Shown: piece after piece, positions 49,756 through 58,696 of the stretch
Numbering within the stretch: position 1 is the first letter of the stretch
Layout: every line of letters begins with the position of its first letter
From: an uncultured Solirubrobacteraceae bacterium
GTDB taxonomy: Bacteria > Actinomycetota > Thermoleophilia > Solirubrobacterales > Solirubrobacteraceae
Direction: 5' to 3'
Length of the DNA stretch: 64,000 nucleotides
Assembly (NCBI GenBank): GCA_964588985.1
Contig: CAZPQW010000002.1
Coordinates: 64,001-128,000, forward strand
Position numbers and translations under genes: made by a program
The notes under the pieces: model-generated
Databases searched by the model: none
Told to the model about the DNA's origin: nothing
What the model saw: the letters and a program-made list of their open reading frames with translations, nothing else

Positions 49756-50184
49756 ATGTCCGCCATAGCCGCACACCCACGCGCCGAGCGAGTTCGCTCG
49801 CTCCCCACCCTCTCGCAGGCCGCGAGATTCATCGGCCTAGATACAGGCGGGATGAGCCGCGCCGTCCGGGCTCTCGGCGTCGAGCCGCAGCGATGGGGCC
49901 GCCGCGACAAGCACCTGGAAGTCGCTCAGGTGCTCCAGATCGCCAGGGTCGCGCAGCGCGCGTCGCTGGAGGAGGTCGCCGGCAGCATCCTGGAATGGAC
50001 TGAACAGAACCACCCGGACGCACTGGAGCAGACGACCGCCGAGATCGATGCGTTCTTCGCCGCACTTCCTCCACCGACGGCGACGCCAGCCGATGAGTTC
50101 GTTGCCGAGCTACGGGCAGCGCTACCGCCGCGATGGGCGGACAAGGCCGAGAAGATCTGGCGCGCTCACGCTGGCAGCGTGTAG
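49756..50184 (+). CDS. Hypothetical protein with possible N-terminal HTH
   Basis: TLSQAARFIGLDTGGMSRAV; TAGCCT box 6 nt upstream of ATG. Confidence 0.65.
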   Translation: MSAIAAHPRAERVRSLPTLSQAARFIGLDTGGMSRAVRALGVEPQRWGRRDKHLEVAQVLQIARVAQRASLEEVAGSILEWTEQNHPDALEQTTAEIDAFFAALPPPTATPADEFVAELRAALPPRWADKAEKIWRAHAGSV

Positions 50185-50357
50185 TAGTCGCCGCGATACC
50201 CCTCTCGCTGGCGACCGCGTTTGAAGCCGGAGCCGGCCAGCTCGGTTGCGCTCAGCGCGACGCCGCTGTCCACGACGAGACCGACGCGGCCCGCCTGCAC
50301 GGTCCTGCGCCGGGCTGAAAGGCGCGGGCCGGGCGCCGCACCCCGACCCCTGGCGGG

Positions 50358-50957
50358 CTACGACCCCTCGTGTGCCCCCGGCGCCCACAGCGGCTCGCCG
50401 TGCGCGCCCTGCTCGGCCTGCGCGTTGGCGGCGCGGCTGAGGATGAAGAACAGGTCGGAGAGCCGGTTGAGGTAGCGCACGACCTCCGGGTTGACCTCCT
50501 CGCCGACGGCGATGGTGCGTCGCTCCGCGCGCCGGCAGACGGTGCGGCAGACGTGCAGGTGCGCGCCCGCGGGGCTGCCCCCGGGGATCACGAACGAGCG
50601 CAGCGGCTCGAGGCCCGCGTTGACCTCGTCGCATGCCTGCTCGAGCCACGCGGTGTACTCACCGCTCACGCGCAGGCGCTCGCGCGCGCCCTCCTCGCCC
50701 GCCGCGGGCGGCGAGTCGGGAACGGAAAGGTCGGCTCCGAGGTCGAGCAGATCGTTCTGCACGCGCCGCAGCCAGCCGGCGAACTTCTCCGACAATCCGG
50801 GTGCCAGCAGCGCAATGCCGATCGTGGCGTTGAGCTCGTCGACGGTGCCGTAGGCCTCGACGCGCGGGTGCAACTTGGAGACACGGCTCATGTCCCCGAG
50901 ATGGGTCTCCCCGCCGTCCCCGAGCTTTGTATAGATGCGAGTCAAGTTGACGGTCAT
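50358..50957 (-). CDS. ATP:cob(I)alamin adenosyltransferase, PduO type
   Basis: RIYTKLGDGGET, AYGTVDELN, RTVCRRAER, YLNRLSD. Confidence 0.95.
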   Translation of the reverse strand: MTVNLTRIYTKLGDGGETHLGDMSRVSKLHPRVEAYGTVDELNATIGIALLAPGLSEKFAGWLRRVQNDLLDLGADLSVPDSPPAAGEEGARERLRVSGEYTAWLEQACDEVNAGLEPLRSFVIPGGSPAGAHLHVCRTVCRRAERRTIAVGEEVNPEVVRYLNRLSDLFFILSRAANAQAEQGAHGEPLWAPGAHEGS

Positions 50958-51022
50958 CTTCCGTCGAGTCTCGCACACCGAGCCAACGCTCATCCGTTGG
51001 ATCGGATACGTTCTCGCACCTC

Positions 51023-52153
51023 ATGCGGATCGGTGTTCCGAAGGAGGCCGCGGCAGGCGAGCATCGTGTGGCGCTCGTGCCGGAGGTCGTCAGCAAGCTG
51101 GGGGCCAAGGGCCTCGACGTCGTCGTGCAGAGCGGCGCGGGCGCGGACGCCCTGTTGACCGACGCGGCGTACACGGCCGCGGGCGCGAAGGTCACCTCGG
51201 ACCCGGCGGAGGTGTGGGGCTGCGACGTGGTCGTGACGATCGCGCCCCCGGACCCCGAGGCGATTCGCGGCCTCGGCTCGGGCTCGATCCTTATCGGCTT
51301 TCTAGCCCCGCTCACGAGCCCGCGGACGACGCGCGCGCTCGCCGACGCGAAGGCGACCGCGTTCGCGATGGAGGCGATCCCGCGGATTTCGCGCGCGCAG
51401 GCGATGGACGCGCTGTCCTCGCAGGCGAACGTCGCGGGCTACCGCGCGGCGCTGCTCGGCGCGGAGGAGATGGGCCGCTTCTACCCGATGCTGATGACCG
51501 CGGCGGGCACGATCCCGCCGGCGAAGGTGCTCGTGCTGGGCGTCGGCGTCGCCGGACTGCAGGCGCTCGCGACAGCCAAGCGGCTGGGTGCGCGCACGAC
51601 CGGCTACGACGTTCGCCCGGAGGTCGCGGAGCAGGTCGAATCGCTCGGTGCGCAGTGGCTCGACCTGGGCATCGAGGCGAGCGGCGAGGGCGGCTACGCA
51701 CGCGAGCTGACCGAGCAGGAGCGCGCACAGCAGCAGCAGGCGCTGACCGACGCGATCAAGGGCTTCGACGTGGTGATCACCACCGCGCTCGTGCCGGGTC
51801 GCCCGGCGCCGAGGCTCGTCACCGCGGAGGCCGTCGAAGGGATGAAGCCGGGCTCTGTGATCGTCGACCTCGCGGGCGAGGCTGGCGGCAACTGCGAGCT
51901 GACCGAGCCGGGGCAGACGACGGTCAAACACGACGTCAAGATCGTCTCGCCGCTGAACCTTCCCGCCGGGATGGCCGAGCACTCCTCGCAGCTGTTCGCG
52001 CGCAACGTCCAGGCGCTGCTCGACCTGTTCGTGGGCGAGGACGGCGCGCTGCAGCTCGACTTCGACGACGAGATCGTCAAGGGCGCGTGCGTGGTGCGCG
52101 ACGGCGAGATCGTCCATCCTGGAGCCAAAGCCGCCGTGGAGGCCGCCCAATGA
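51023..52153 (+). CDS. pntA: NAD(P) transhydrogenase alpha subunit part 1
   Basis: IGVPKE, PRISRAQAMDALSS, AAGTIPPAKV, GGYA, GGNCE. Confidence 0.95.
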   Translation: MRIGVPKEAAAGEHRVALVPEVVSKLGAKGLDVVVQSGAGADALLTDAAYTAAGAKVTSDPAEVWGCDVVVTIAPPDPEAIRGLGSGSILIGFLAPLTSPRTTRALADAKATAFAMEAIPRISRAQAMDALSSQANVAGYRAALLGAEEMGRFYPMLMTAAGTIPPAKVLVLGVGVAGLQALATAKRLGARTTGYDVRPEVAEQVESLGAQWLDLGIEASGEGGYARELTEQERAQQQQALTDAIKGFDVVITTALVPGRPAPRLVTAEAVEGMKPGSVIVDLAGEAGGNCELTEPGQTTVKHDVKIVSPLNLPAGMAEHSSQLFARNVQALLDLFVGEDGALQLDFDDEIVKGACVVRDGEIVHPGAKAAVEAAQ

Positions 52154-52473
52154 TCCTTGCGAGCACCCTCACGACCAACCTCGCGATCCTCGTGCTCGCC
52201 GGCTTCATCGGCTTCGTGGTGATCTCGAAGGTTCCGAACACGCTGCACACGCCGCTGATGAGCGGCACGAACGCGATCCACGGGATCGTGCTGCTCGGCG
52301 GCCTGCTCGTGGTGGGCCTGTCGGGCAACGGCGCGTTCAACAAGGTGATCCTCGTGATCGCGATCGCGTTCGGCACGATCAACGTCGTCGGCGGCTTCCT
52401 CGTGACCGACCGCATGCTGGAGATGTTCAAGGCCAAGCCGAAATCCTCAAGCGACGAGGAGAAGAAGTCGTGA
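52150..52473 (+). CDS. NAD(P) transhydrogenase alpha subunit part 2 (membrane)
   Basis: LHTPLMSGTNAIHG, NVVGGFLVTDRMLEMF. Confidence 0.95.
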   Translation: MILASTLTTNLAILVLAGFIGFVVISKVPNTLHTPLMSGTNAIHGIVLLGGLLVVGLSGNGAFNKVILVIAIAFGTINVVGGFLVTDRMLEMFKAKPKSSSDEEKKS

Positions 52474-53897
52474 GCAGCCTGCCGCTCGCCACGTCCTTCC
52501 TGCAGGACCAGAGCTTCCTCGATGTTCTTTATATCGTCGCGTTCGCGCTGTTCATCCAGGGCCTGCGCGGGCTCTCGGGGCCGACCACCGCCGTGCGGGG
52601 CAACCGCATCGCCGCGGTCGGCATGGCGATTGCGGTGATTGCGACACTGCTGAACGTCAACGAGGGCAACTGGGCCCTGATCGTGATCGGCGTGGCGCTC
52701 GGCACCGCGGTGGGCGTCCCGGCGGCGCGCCAGGTGAAGATGACCGCGATGCCGCAGATGGTGGCGCTGTTCAACGGCGTGGGCGGCGGCGCTGTGTTCC
52801 TGATCTCGTGGTCGGAGTTCCGTCTCTCCGACGGCTTCACGGGCACCCCCACCTACATCGCGATCTTCTCGCTGTTCGCGGCGATCGTCGGCTCGGTGTC
52901 GTTCTGGGGATCGAACATCGCGTTCGGCAAGCTCCAGGAAATCATCCCCGGCAAGCCGATCACGCTCGGCTCCTCGCAGCAGTTCGTAAACGCGCTGCTG
53001 CTGCTCGTCGCGGTCGGCTGCGGCGTGGCGATCGCCGCCGGCGAACACTCCGAAGGCCTCTTCATCCTGCTGCTGCTCTCGGCCGCCCTGCTCGGCAACG
53101 CGGTCGTGTTCCCGATCGGCGGCGCCGACATGCCGGTCGTGATCTCGCTGCTGAACGCCTTCACCGGCCTCTCGGCGGCGGCCACGGGAATCGCGCTGAA
53201 CAACCCCGCGTTGATCGTCGCGGGCATGATCGTCGGCGCCTCCGGCTCGATCCTCACGAACCTGATGGCGGTCGCGATGAACCGCTCGATCCCCGCGATC
53301 ATCGCCGGCGGCTTCGGCGGCGGCGGCGCTGTCGAGGGCGCCAGCGGGGCGGGCGAGCACGCGGGCACGGTCCGTTCCACGACCGCCTCCGACGCCGCGA
53401 TCCAACTCGCCTACGCCAATCGCGTCGTGATCGTCCCCGGGTACGGGATGGCCGTTGCGCAGGCCCAGCACGCGGTCAGGGAGCTGACCAAGGAGCTCGA
53501 AAAACGCCAGGTCGAGGTCAGCTACGCGATCCACCCGGTCGCGGGACGCATGCCCGGACACATGAACGTGCTGCTGGCCGAGGCCGACGTGCCGTATGAC
53601 CAGCTGAAGGAGATGGACGAGGCGAACCCCGAGTTCTCGCGCACGGATGTCTCGCTTGTGATCGGCGCGAACGACGTGACGAACCCGGCGGCGAAGAACA
53701 CGCCGTCCTCGCCGATCTACGGGATGCCGATCCTCGAGGTCTCAGACAGCCACTCGGTGATCGTGATCAAGCGCTCGATGAACCCCGGCTTCGCGGGCAT
53801 CGAAAACGAGCTGTACTACGACCCGAAGACCGAGATGCTGTTCGGGGACGCGAAGTCGGCGGTGAGCGAGATCACCGCCGAGCTCGCCCACATCTAG
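52470..53897 (+). CDS. pntB: NAD(P) transhydrogenase beta subunit
   Basis: IGGADMPVVISLLN, PGYGMAVAQAQ, HPVAGRMPGHMNVLLAEA. Confidence 0.97.
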   Translation: MSSLPLATSFLQDQSFLDVLYIVAFALFIQGLRGLSGPTTAVRGNRIAAVGMAIAVIATLLNVNEGNWALIVIGVALGTAVGVPAARQVKMTAMPQMVALFNGVGGGAVFLISWSEFRLSDGFTGTPTYIAIFSLFAAIVGSVSFWGSNIAFGKLQEIIPGKPITLGSSQQFVNALLLLVAVGCGVAIAAGEHSEGLFILLLLSAALLGNAVVFPIGGADMPVVISLLNAFTGLSAAATGIALNNPALIVAGMIVGASGSILTNLMAVAMNRSIPAIIAGGFGGGGAVEGASGAGEHAGTVRSTTASDAAIQLAYANRVVIVPGYGMAVAQAQHAVRELTKELEKRQVEVSYAIHPVAGRMPGHMNVLLAEADVPYDQLKEMDEANPEFSRTDVSLVIGANDVTNPAAKNTPSSPIYGMPILEVSDSHSVIVIKRSMNPGFAGIENELYYDPKTEMLFGDAKSAVSEITAELAHI

Positions 53898-53930
53898 AGC
53901 GCGCCCACGCGCTCTGCGAGACTGCGCTGC

Positions 53931-55715
53931 GTGATCGAGCGCAGTCTGGCACTCGCGGCTCTGGCCGAAGACGAGTTCGACGTGGTGGTCGTCGGCGGCG
54001 GCATCACCGGCGCTGGCGTTGCGCTGGACGCGGCCACGCGCGGCTACAGCGTCGCGCTGCTCGAGCGCGCGGACTTCGCGTCGGGAACCTCCAGCCGCTC
54101 GAGCAAGCTCGTCCACGGCGGGCTTCGCTACCTGCAGAACTTCGACCTCGGGCTCGTCCGCGAGGCGCTGCTGGAGCGCCAGCTGATGGTGCAGCTCGCG
54201 CCCCATCTCGTGCGTCCGCTGCCGCTGGTGGTGCCCGCGTTCGAGGGCGCGCACCCCGACCGGCTGGTGGGCGTGGGCCTGAACCTCTACGACGTGATGT
54301 CGCGAGAGCGCCTGCGCGGGCGGCGCGGACGGCGCGTGCGCGCCGAGCGGGCACAGGGCGGTCCGGCGGTGACCGCGGCGCAGGCCGAAGAGGGCGAGTC
54401 CTGGAGCCCTGAGCGCCACCGGGTGATCTCCGGGGAGGAGGTGCTCGAGCTCTTGCCCGCGCTCGCCGCGCGCGAGCCGACCAGCGGCTACCTGTTCTAC
54501 GACTGCCAGACCGACGACGTGCGCCTCGTGCTGACGGTGCTCGGCGAGGCGGAGCGCTTCGGCGCGGTGTGCGCGAACCGGGTGGACGTGACCGGGTTGC
54601 TCGAGCGCGACGGGCGTGCAGCGGGGGTGCAGGTGACGGAGCTCGAGAGCGGCGGGCGCTTCGACGTGCGCGCGGCGAACGTGGTCAACGCGACCGGCGT
54701 GTGGGCCGACCAGCTGCGCCCGCGGGAGCTGCACGAGGAGGCCGAGTTGCCGCGCATCCGGCCCAGCCGCGGCACGCACGTGACGCTCAGGCACGAGGAC
54801 CTCCCGCTGATCGGCGGCGCGATCGTCCCCGCCGGCGGCGGGCGCTCGATCTTCGCGCTGCCGTGGCTCGGGCACACGCTCGTGGGCACCACCGACAACG
54901 ACTACGAGGAGGGCGGCTCGCTCGAGCACATCCGCCCGTCGAACGACGACGTCGACTACCTGCTCGACGCGGTCAACGAGTTCTTCGCCACCGACTTCGG
55001 CCCCGGCGACCTCACGGGTGCGTTCGCGGGCGTGAGGCCGCTGATCTCCACGGGCGACCCGAAGAAGTCGGTCGACATCTCGCGCAAGGCGGAGCTTTAC
55101 GAGACCTCCTCGGGGATGATCACGATCACCGGCGGCAAGCTCACCACGTGGCGGCGGATGGCGAAGATGACCGTCGACAGGCTCGTCGAGCGCGACGCCC
55201 GCGACGCGCCCTGCCGCACGCACGAGATCCCGCTCGGCCAGACGATCGCCGCCGACGAGCTGCCGCGCGTTGAGGGCGTGCCCGAGCATTCCTACCGCGC
55301 GCTCGCCGCCCGCTACGGCCACGCAGCCCACGACGTGCTCGCCCTCGCAGCCGAGCGCGGCGAACTGGCCCAACCCATCGTCGCGGGCCGCCCCGACCTG
55401 CTGGCCGAGGTGGCGCTCGCCGCGCGCCACGAGCAGGCGCGCTCGATCGGCGACGTGCTGCTCAGGCGCACCCGCCTGGGGCTGCTGGCGGCGCGGGAGC
55501 TGACCGTGCCGGCGCCGGCCGCCGGGTCGAGTCCGGTCGAGCTGGTCGGGGATGTCCTCGCGCACGAGCTCGGCTGGGACGAGGAGCGGCTGCGCCTCGA
55601 GCTGGCCCGCTTCGCGGACGAGGCGCTCGCGGAGGGAATCGTCGCCGAGGTCGATCGTCCTGAGGCCCCCGTCGAGGAGGACACCGCCGCCGTGACGCCG
55701 GACGCCGAGTGGTGA
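53931..55715 (+). CDS. glpD: FAD-dependent glycerol-3-phosphate dehydrogenase/oxidase family
   Basis: GGGITG, DFASGTSSRSSKLVHGGLRYL, GGKLTTWRRMA, RRTR. Confidence 0.85.
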   Translation: MIERSLALAALAEDEFDVVVVGGGITGAGVALDAATRGYSVALLERADFASGTSSRSSKLVHGGLRYLQNFDLGLVREALLERQLMVQLAPHLVRPLPLVVPAFEGAHPDRLVGVGLNLYDVMSRERLRGRRGRRVRAERAQGGPAVTAAQAEEGESWSPERHRVISGEEVLELLPALAAREPTSGYLFYDCQTDDVRLVLTVLGEAERFGAVCANRVDVTGLLERDGRAAGVQVTELESGGRFDVRAANVVNATGVWADQLRPRELHEEAELPRIRPSRGTHVTLRHEDLPLIGGAIVPAGGGRSIFALPWLGHTLVGTTDNDYEEGGSLEHIRPSNDDVDYLLDAVNEFFATDFGPGDLTGAFAGVRPLISTGDPKKSVDISRKAELYETSSGMITITGGKLTTWRRMAKMTVDRLVERDARDAPCRTHEIPLGQTIAADELPRVEGVPEHSYRALAARYGHAAHDVLALAAERGELAQPIVAGRPDLLAEVALAARHEQARSIGDVLLRRTRLGLLAARELTVPAPAAGSSPVELVGDVLAHELGWDEERLRLELARFADEALAEGIVAEVDRPEAPVEEDTAAVTPDAEW

Positions 55716-56632
55716 GGGCGCCCGAGCACCGCGTGCGCGCGGCCGACCTCACGCTCGAGCTGGGATCGCGGCCGTGGCTGATGGGCATCGTGAACGCCTC
55801 GCCGGACTCGTTCAGCGACGGCGGGCTGCACGCGAGCCTCGACGCGCAGAGCAAGCTCGCGGCGGAGCTGCTTGCCGCGGGTGCCGACATCCTCGACATC
55901 GGCGGCGAGTCCGCATCGACGGGTCGCCCGCCGGTCGAGATCGAAGAGGAGATCGAGCGCGTGGCGCCGCTGGTCGAGCGCGTCGCGGGCGAGCTCGGCG
56001 CGGTCGTGTCGGTGGACACGTACAAGCCGGACGTGGCGAGCGCCGCGATCGCCGCGGGGGCTCGGATCGTCAACGACGTGAGCGGCCTGCTCGACCCGCG
56101 GCTCGCGGACGTTTGCGCGCGGACGGGCGCGGCGCTAGTGGTGATGCACACCCGCGCGGCGCCGCGCGAACGGCTGCAGGACCCAGACCTCTACGCGGAC
56201 GTGACCGGCGAGGTGCTCGCCTTCCTCCAGCAGCGCGTGGCGCTCGCCTGCTCGCGCGGCGTCGATCCCGAGCAGCTGATCCTCGACCCCGGGCCGGACT
56301 TCGCGAAGACGCCCGCGCAGACGATCGAGCTGCTGCGCCACACAGCCCGCCTGCACGAGCTCGGACGCCCGCTGCTGATGGCGATCTCGCGCAAGGACTT
56401 CGTCGGCGCGCTCACGCGCAGAGCGCCGCGCGACCGCCTCGCGGGGACGCTCGCGGCGCTCGCATTCGGGGTCGAGCGGGGCGCGCACATCTTCCGCGTG
56501 CACGACGTCGCGGCCGCCGCGGACTTCCTCACCGTCCGCTCCGCGCTCGCCGGTGAGCTGCAGCCGAGCAGGGATCTCGCGCTGACCGAGGAAATCCGAC
56601 ACGAGCCTTCGCCGCGCGAGACGCTACGCTGA
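55709..56632 (+). CDS. folP: Dihydropteroate synthase
   Basis: MGIVNASPDSFSDGG, DIGGES, NDVSG, DPG, SRKDF, RVHDV. Confidence 0.93.
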   Translation: MVRAPEHRVRAADLTLELGSRPWLMGIVNASPDSFSDGGLHASLDAQSKLAAELLAAGADILDIGGESASTGRPPVEIEEEIERVAPLVERVAGELGAVVSVDTYKPDVASAAIAAGARIVNDVSGLLDPRLADVCARTGAALVVMHTRAAPRERLQDPDLYADVTGEVLAFLQQRVALACSRGVDPEQLILDPGPDFAKTPAQTIELLRHTARLHELGRPLLMAISRKDFVGALTRRAPRDRLAGTLAALAFGVERGAHIFRVHDVAAAADFLTVRSALAGELQPSRDLALTEEIRHEPSPRETLR

Positions 56633-56710
56633 GGATCAACCAACGGGTGCCCGCCGCTGTCCAACGCGACGGGACGCCAACCGCCCCTCCACAACGAAAG
56701 AAGGAACACC

Positions 56711-58060
56711 ATGGCAGTACTCGAGCGCTCCGAGCTGGAGGCAAGTCCTCTCGCCGACCTGCACACGATCGCGGACCAGATCGGTCTCGACGGGTTCAGA
56801 CGACTGCGCAAGGCGGACCTGATCGACGCGATCCTCGGAGAGGAGAGCCCCAGCTCCAACGGAGCTGAGAAGAGCTCCGACAACGACGACGGCGAGGGCG
56901 AGGCGCGCCCGCGCAGACGTCGCTCGCCACGCACACGCCGCCCGGCCGGCGCGGCCGCGAAGGCGCAGGACGACGAGGCCGACGAGAAGTCCGACGTCGA
57001 CAGCAGCCCGGATAAGGACGAAAGCCCTTCGCGTACATCGACGGGCGCAGCGCGCCGCGGCCGTGGCGGCAGGAGCGCGCGGGGCGGCGCCGGGAGGTCT
57101 TCCTCCACGCGCTCCACTTCCTCGGGCGATGACGCCGACAGCGACGCGGGCGACTCGGAGAGCACCGGCCGGATCGCGGCCGGCGTGGTCGAGGTGCTGG
57201 GCAACGGCTCTGCGTTCCTACGAGTCGACCCGCCGGAGCCCTCGGACGACGATGTGTACATCTCCGCCGCGCAGGTGCGCCGCTGCGAGCTGGTGAGCGG
57301 CGACCGCGTGACCGGCCCGGTGCGCACGCCCCGTCGCTCGGAGCGCTACCCGTCGCTGGTCCGCATCGACACGATCAACGGCACATCCGCCGATGAGGTC
57401 TCCGACGGCGGCCGCTATGACGATCTGCCCGTGAGCTGGCCGAGCGAGTGGCTCAAACTGGACTCCAAGGACGCGACGCTCGAGGCGATCGACTGGCTCA
57501 CGCCGCTGGGGCTCGGCTCGCGCGCGGTGATCGTGGGTGTTCGCCACGTCGGCAAGAGCGAGACGTTGAGGCGCCTGCTCGACGCCCTCGGCGGCCGCGA
57601 GGACCTCGACGTCAGTCTCGTGCTCGCTGGCGCCCGGCCGGAGGAGATCTCCCAGTGGCAGGAGGGCCCGCTCGCTCCGGTGGCGTCGCTCAGCTTCGCC
57701 GCCTCCTCGGACTCGCAGGGGCAGGCGATCGAGCGCGCGATCGACGCTGCCAAGCGCGTCGCTGCACGCGGCGGCAAAGCGGTTGTGTTGATCGACAGCC
57801 TCGACGGGCTCAACCCGCACGCCGCGCGCAAGGCGCTCGCCGCCGCGCGCAACCTGCGCGAGGGCGGCTCGCTGACGGTGATCGCCACGGCATCCCAGCC
57901 GCTCGGAGGGGAGACGACGGTGATCGCGCTCAAGTCGACCGGCCGCGTGCCGATCGTCGACCTGGTCAACAGCGGCACGCTCAGGCCCGAGCTGCTCGTC
58001 GGCGATGACGGCGCCGAGGCGATCGCCAAGGCGCGGACCGACGCCATAGAGGCTTCCTAG
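56711..58060 (+). CDS. Rho termination factor-like protein with degenerate ATPase domain
   Basis: Rho_N (LRKADLIDAIL), low-complexity insert, RNA-binding DDVYISAAQVRR..L..GD...ERYPSL; catalytic motifs altered. Confidence 0.85.
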   Translation: MAVLERSELEASPLADLHTIADQIGLDGFRRLRKADLIDAILGEESPSSNGAEKSSDNDDGEGEARPRRRRSPRTRRPAGAAAKAQDDEADEKSDVDSSPDKDESPSRTSTGAARRGRGGRSARGGAGRSSSTRSTSSGDDADSDAGDSESTGRIAAGVVEVLGNGSAFLRVDPPEPSDDDVYISAAQVRRCELVSGDRVTGPVRTPRRSERYPSLVRIDTINGTSADEVSDGGRYDDLPVSWPSEWLKLDSKDATLEAIDWLTPLGLGSRAVIVGVRHVGKSETLRRLLDALGGREDLDVSLVLAGARPEEISQWQEGPLAPVASLSFAASSDSQGQAIERAIDAAKRVAARGGKAVVLIDSLDGLNPHAARKALAAARNLREGGSLTVIATASQPLGGETTVIALKSTGRVPIVDLVNSGTLRPELLVGDDGAEAIAKARTDAIEAS

Positions 58061-58075
58061 AGAAAGAGATGTGTG

Positions 58076-58102
58076 CGAGCGGCGGGTTCGTCCCTCTGCT
58101 CG
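58076..58102. terminator. Possible hairpin between convergent genes
   Basis: CGAGC...GGG-TTCG-TCC...GCTCG imperfect stem; no U tract. Confidence 0.3.
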
Positions 58103-58564
58103 TCAGCCCCTATATGCGACGCGGCCCCATGAGGGCTCGGGGGCGAGCTCGATCGGCTCATGGCTGCGTTCGGGCTGGACGTAGGCGAACGTGCCGCTCT
58201 GTTCGTCGAAGCTGACGGTCAGCTCGCCCTCCTTGACGCGCTGGTCGAGCCACGCGCCGCGGAACACGAGACGCCGCAGCCAGTGCACGAGCGAGCGCTC
58301 GGCCGGGCCGACGAGCTCGGGCCAGCAGTCGTTGACGTGCTCGCCGAGGGCCGACGCGGGCTCTGAGATCTCGCCGTTGACGGCGAGGTTGACGAGGTCT
58401 TCGAGCTCCTCCTCGCCGAGCCGCCCGCCGACGAATCCGAGCTTCAGCGCCGCCTGCTCGCAGCGCTCGGAGAAATCGGTCTCGTTGAAGGTGAAGCGCA
58501 GCTCGCCGTATTCGAGCACGAAGTGCTCACCGGAGTCGTAGTTTTCGCGTCGCGCGGTTTCCAT
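58103..58564 (-). CDS. Hypothetical protein
   Basis: Clean ORF with typical high-GC codon use. Confidence 0.75.
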   Translation of the reverse strand: METARRENYDSGEHFVLEYGELRFTFNETDFSERCEQAALKLGFVGGRLGEEELEDLVNLAVNGEISEPASALGEHVNDCWPELVGPAERSLVHWLRRLVFRGAWLDQRVKEGELTVSFDEQSGTFAYVQPERSHEPIELAPEPSWGRVAYRG

Positions 58565-58696
58565 AGTGTTGAATCGGAGCTGTCGGCAGTGCAGTAGTGC
58601 CGCGGCTCGTCGGGATCATACGGTGCGTTCCTGCTTTGGCGGCTGCGGTGCACGGGATTTTGCAGGGTGGGTGGGGATCGATAGCCTCCCGAGCCG

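Noticed and set aside
56633-56710. CAAC-rich leader of the rho-like gene as a rut autoregulation site
   Set aside because: Too short and weak to tell from chance without data
58565-58696. c-di-AMP (ydaO) riboswitch before the APC-USP gene
   Set aside because: Conserved ydaO segments not found
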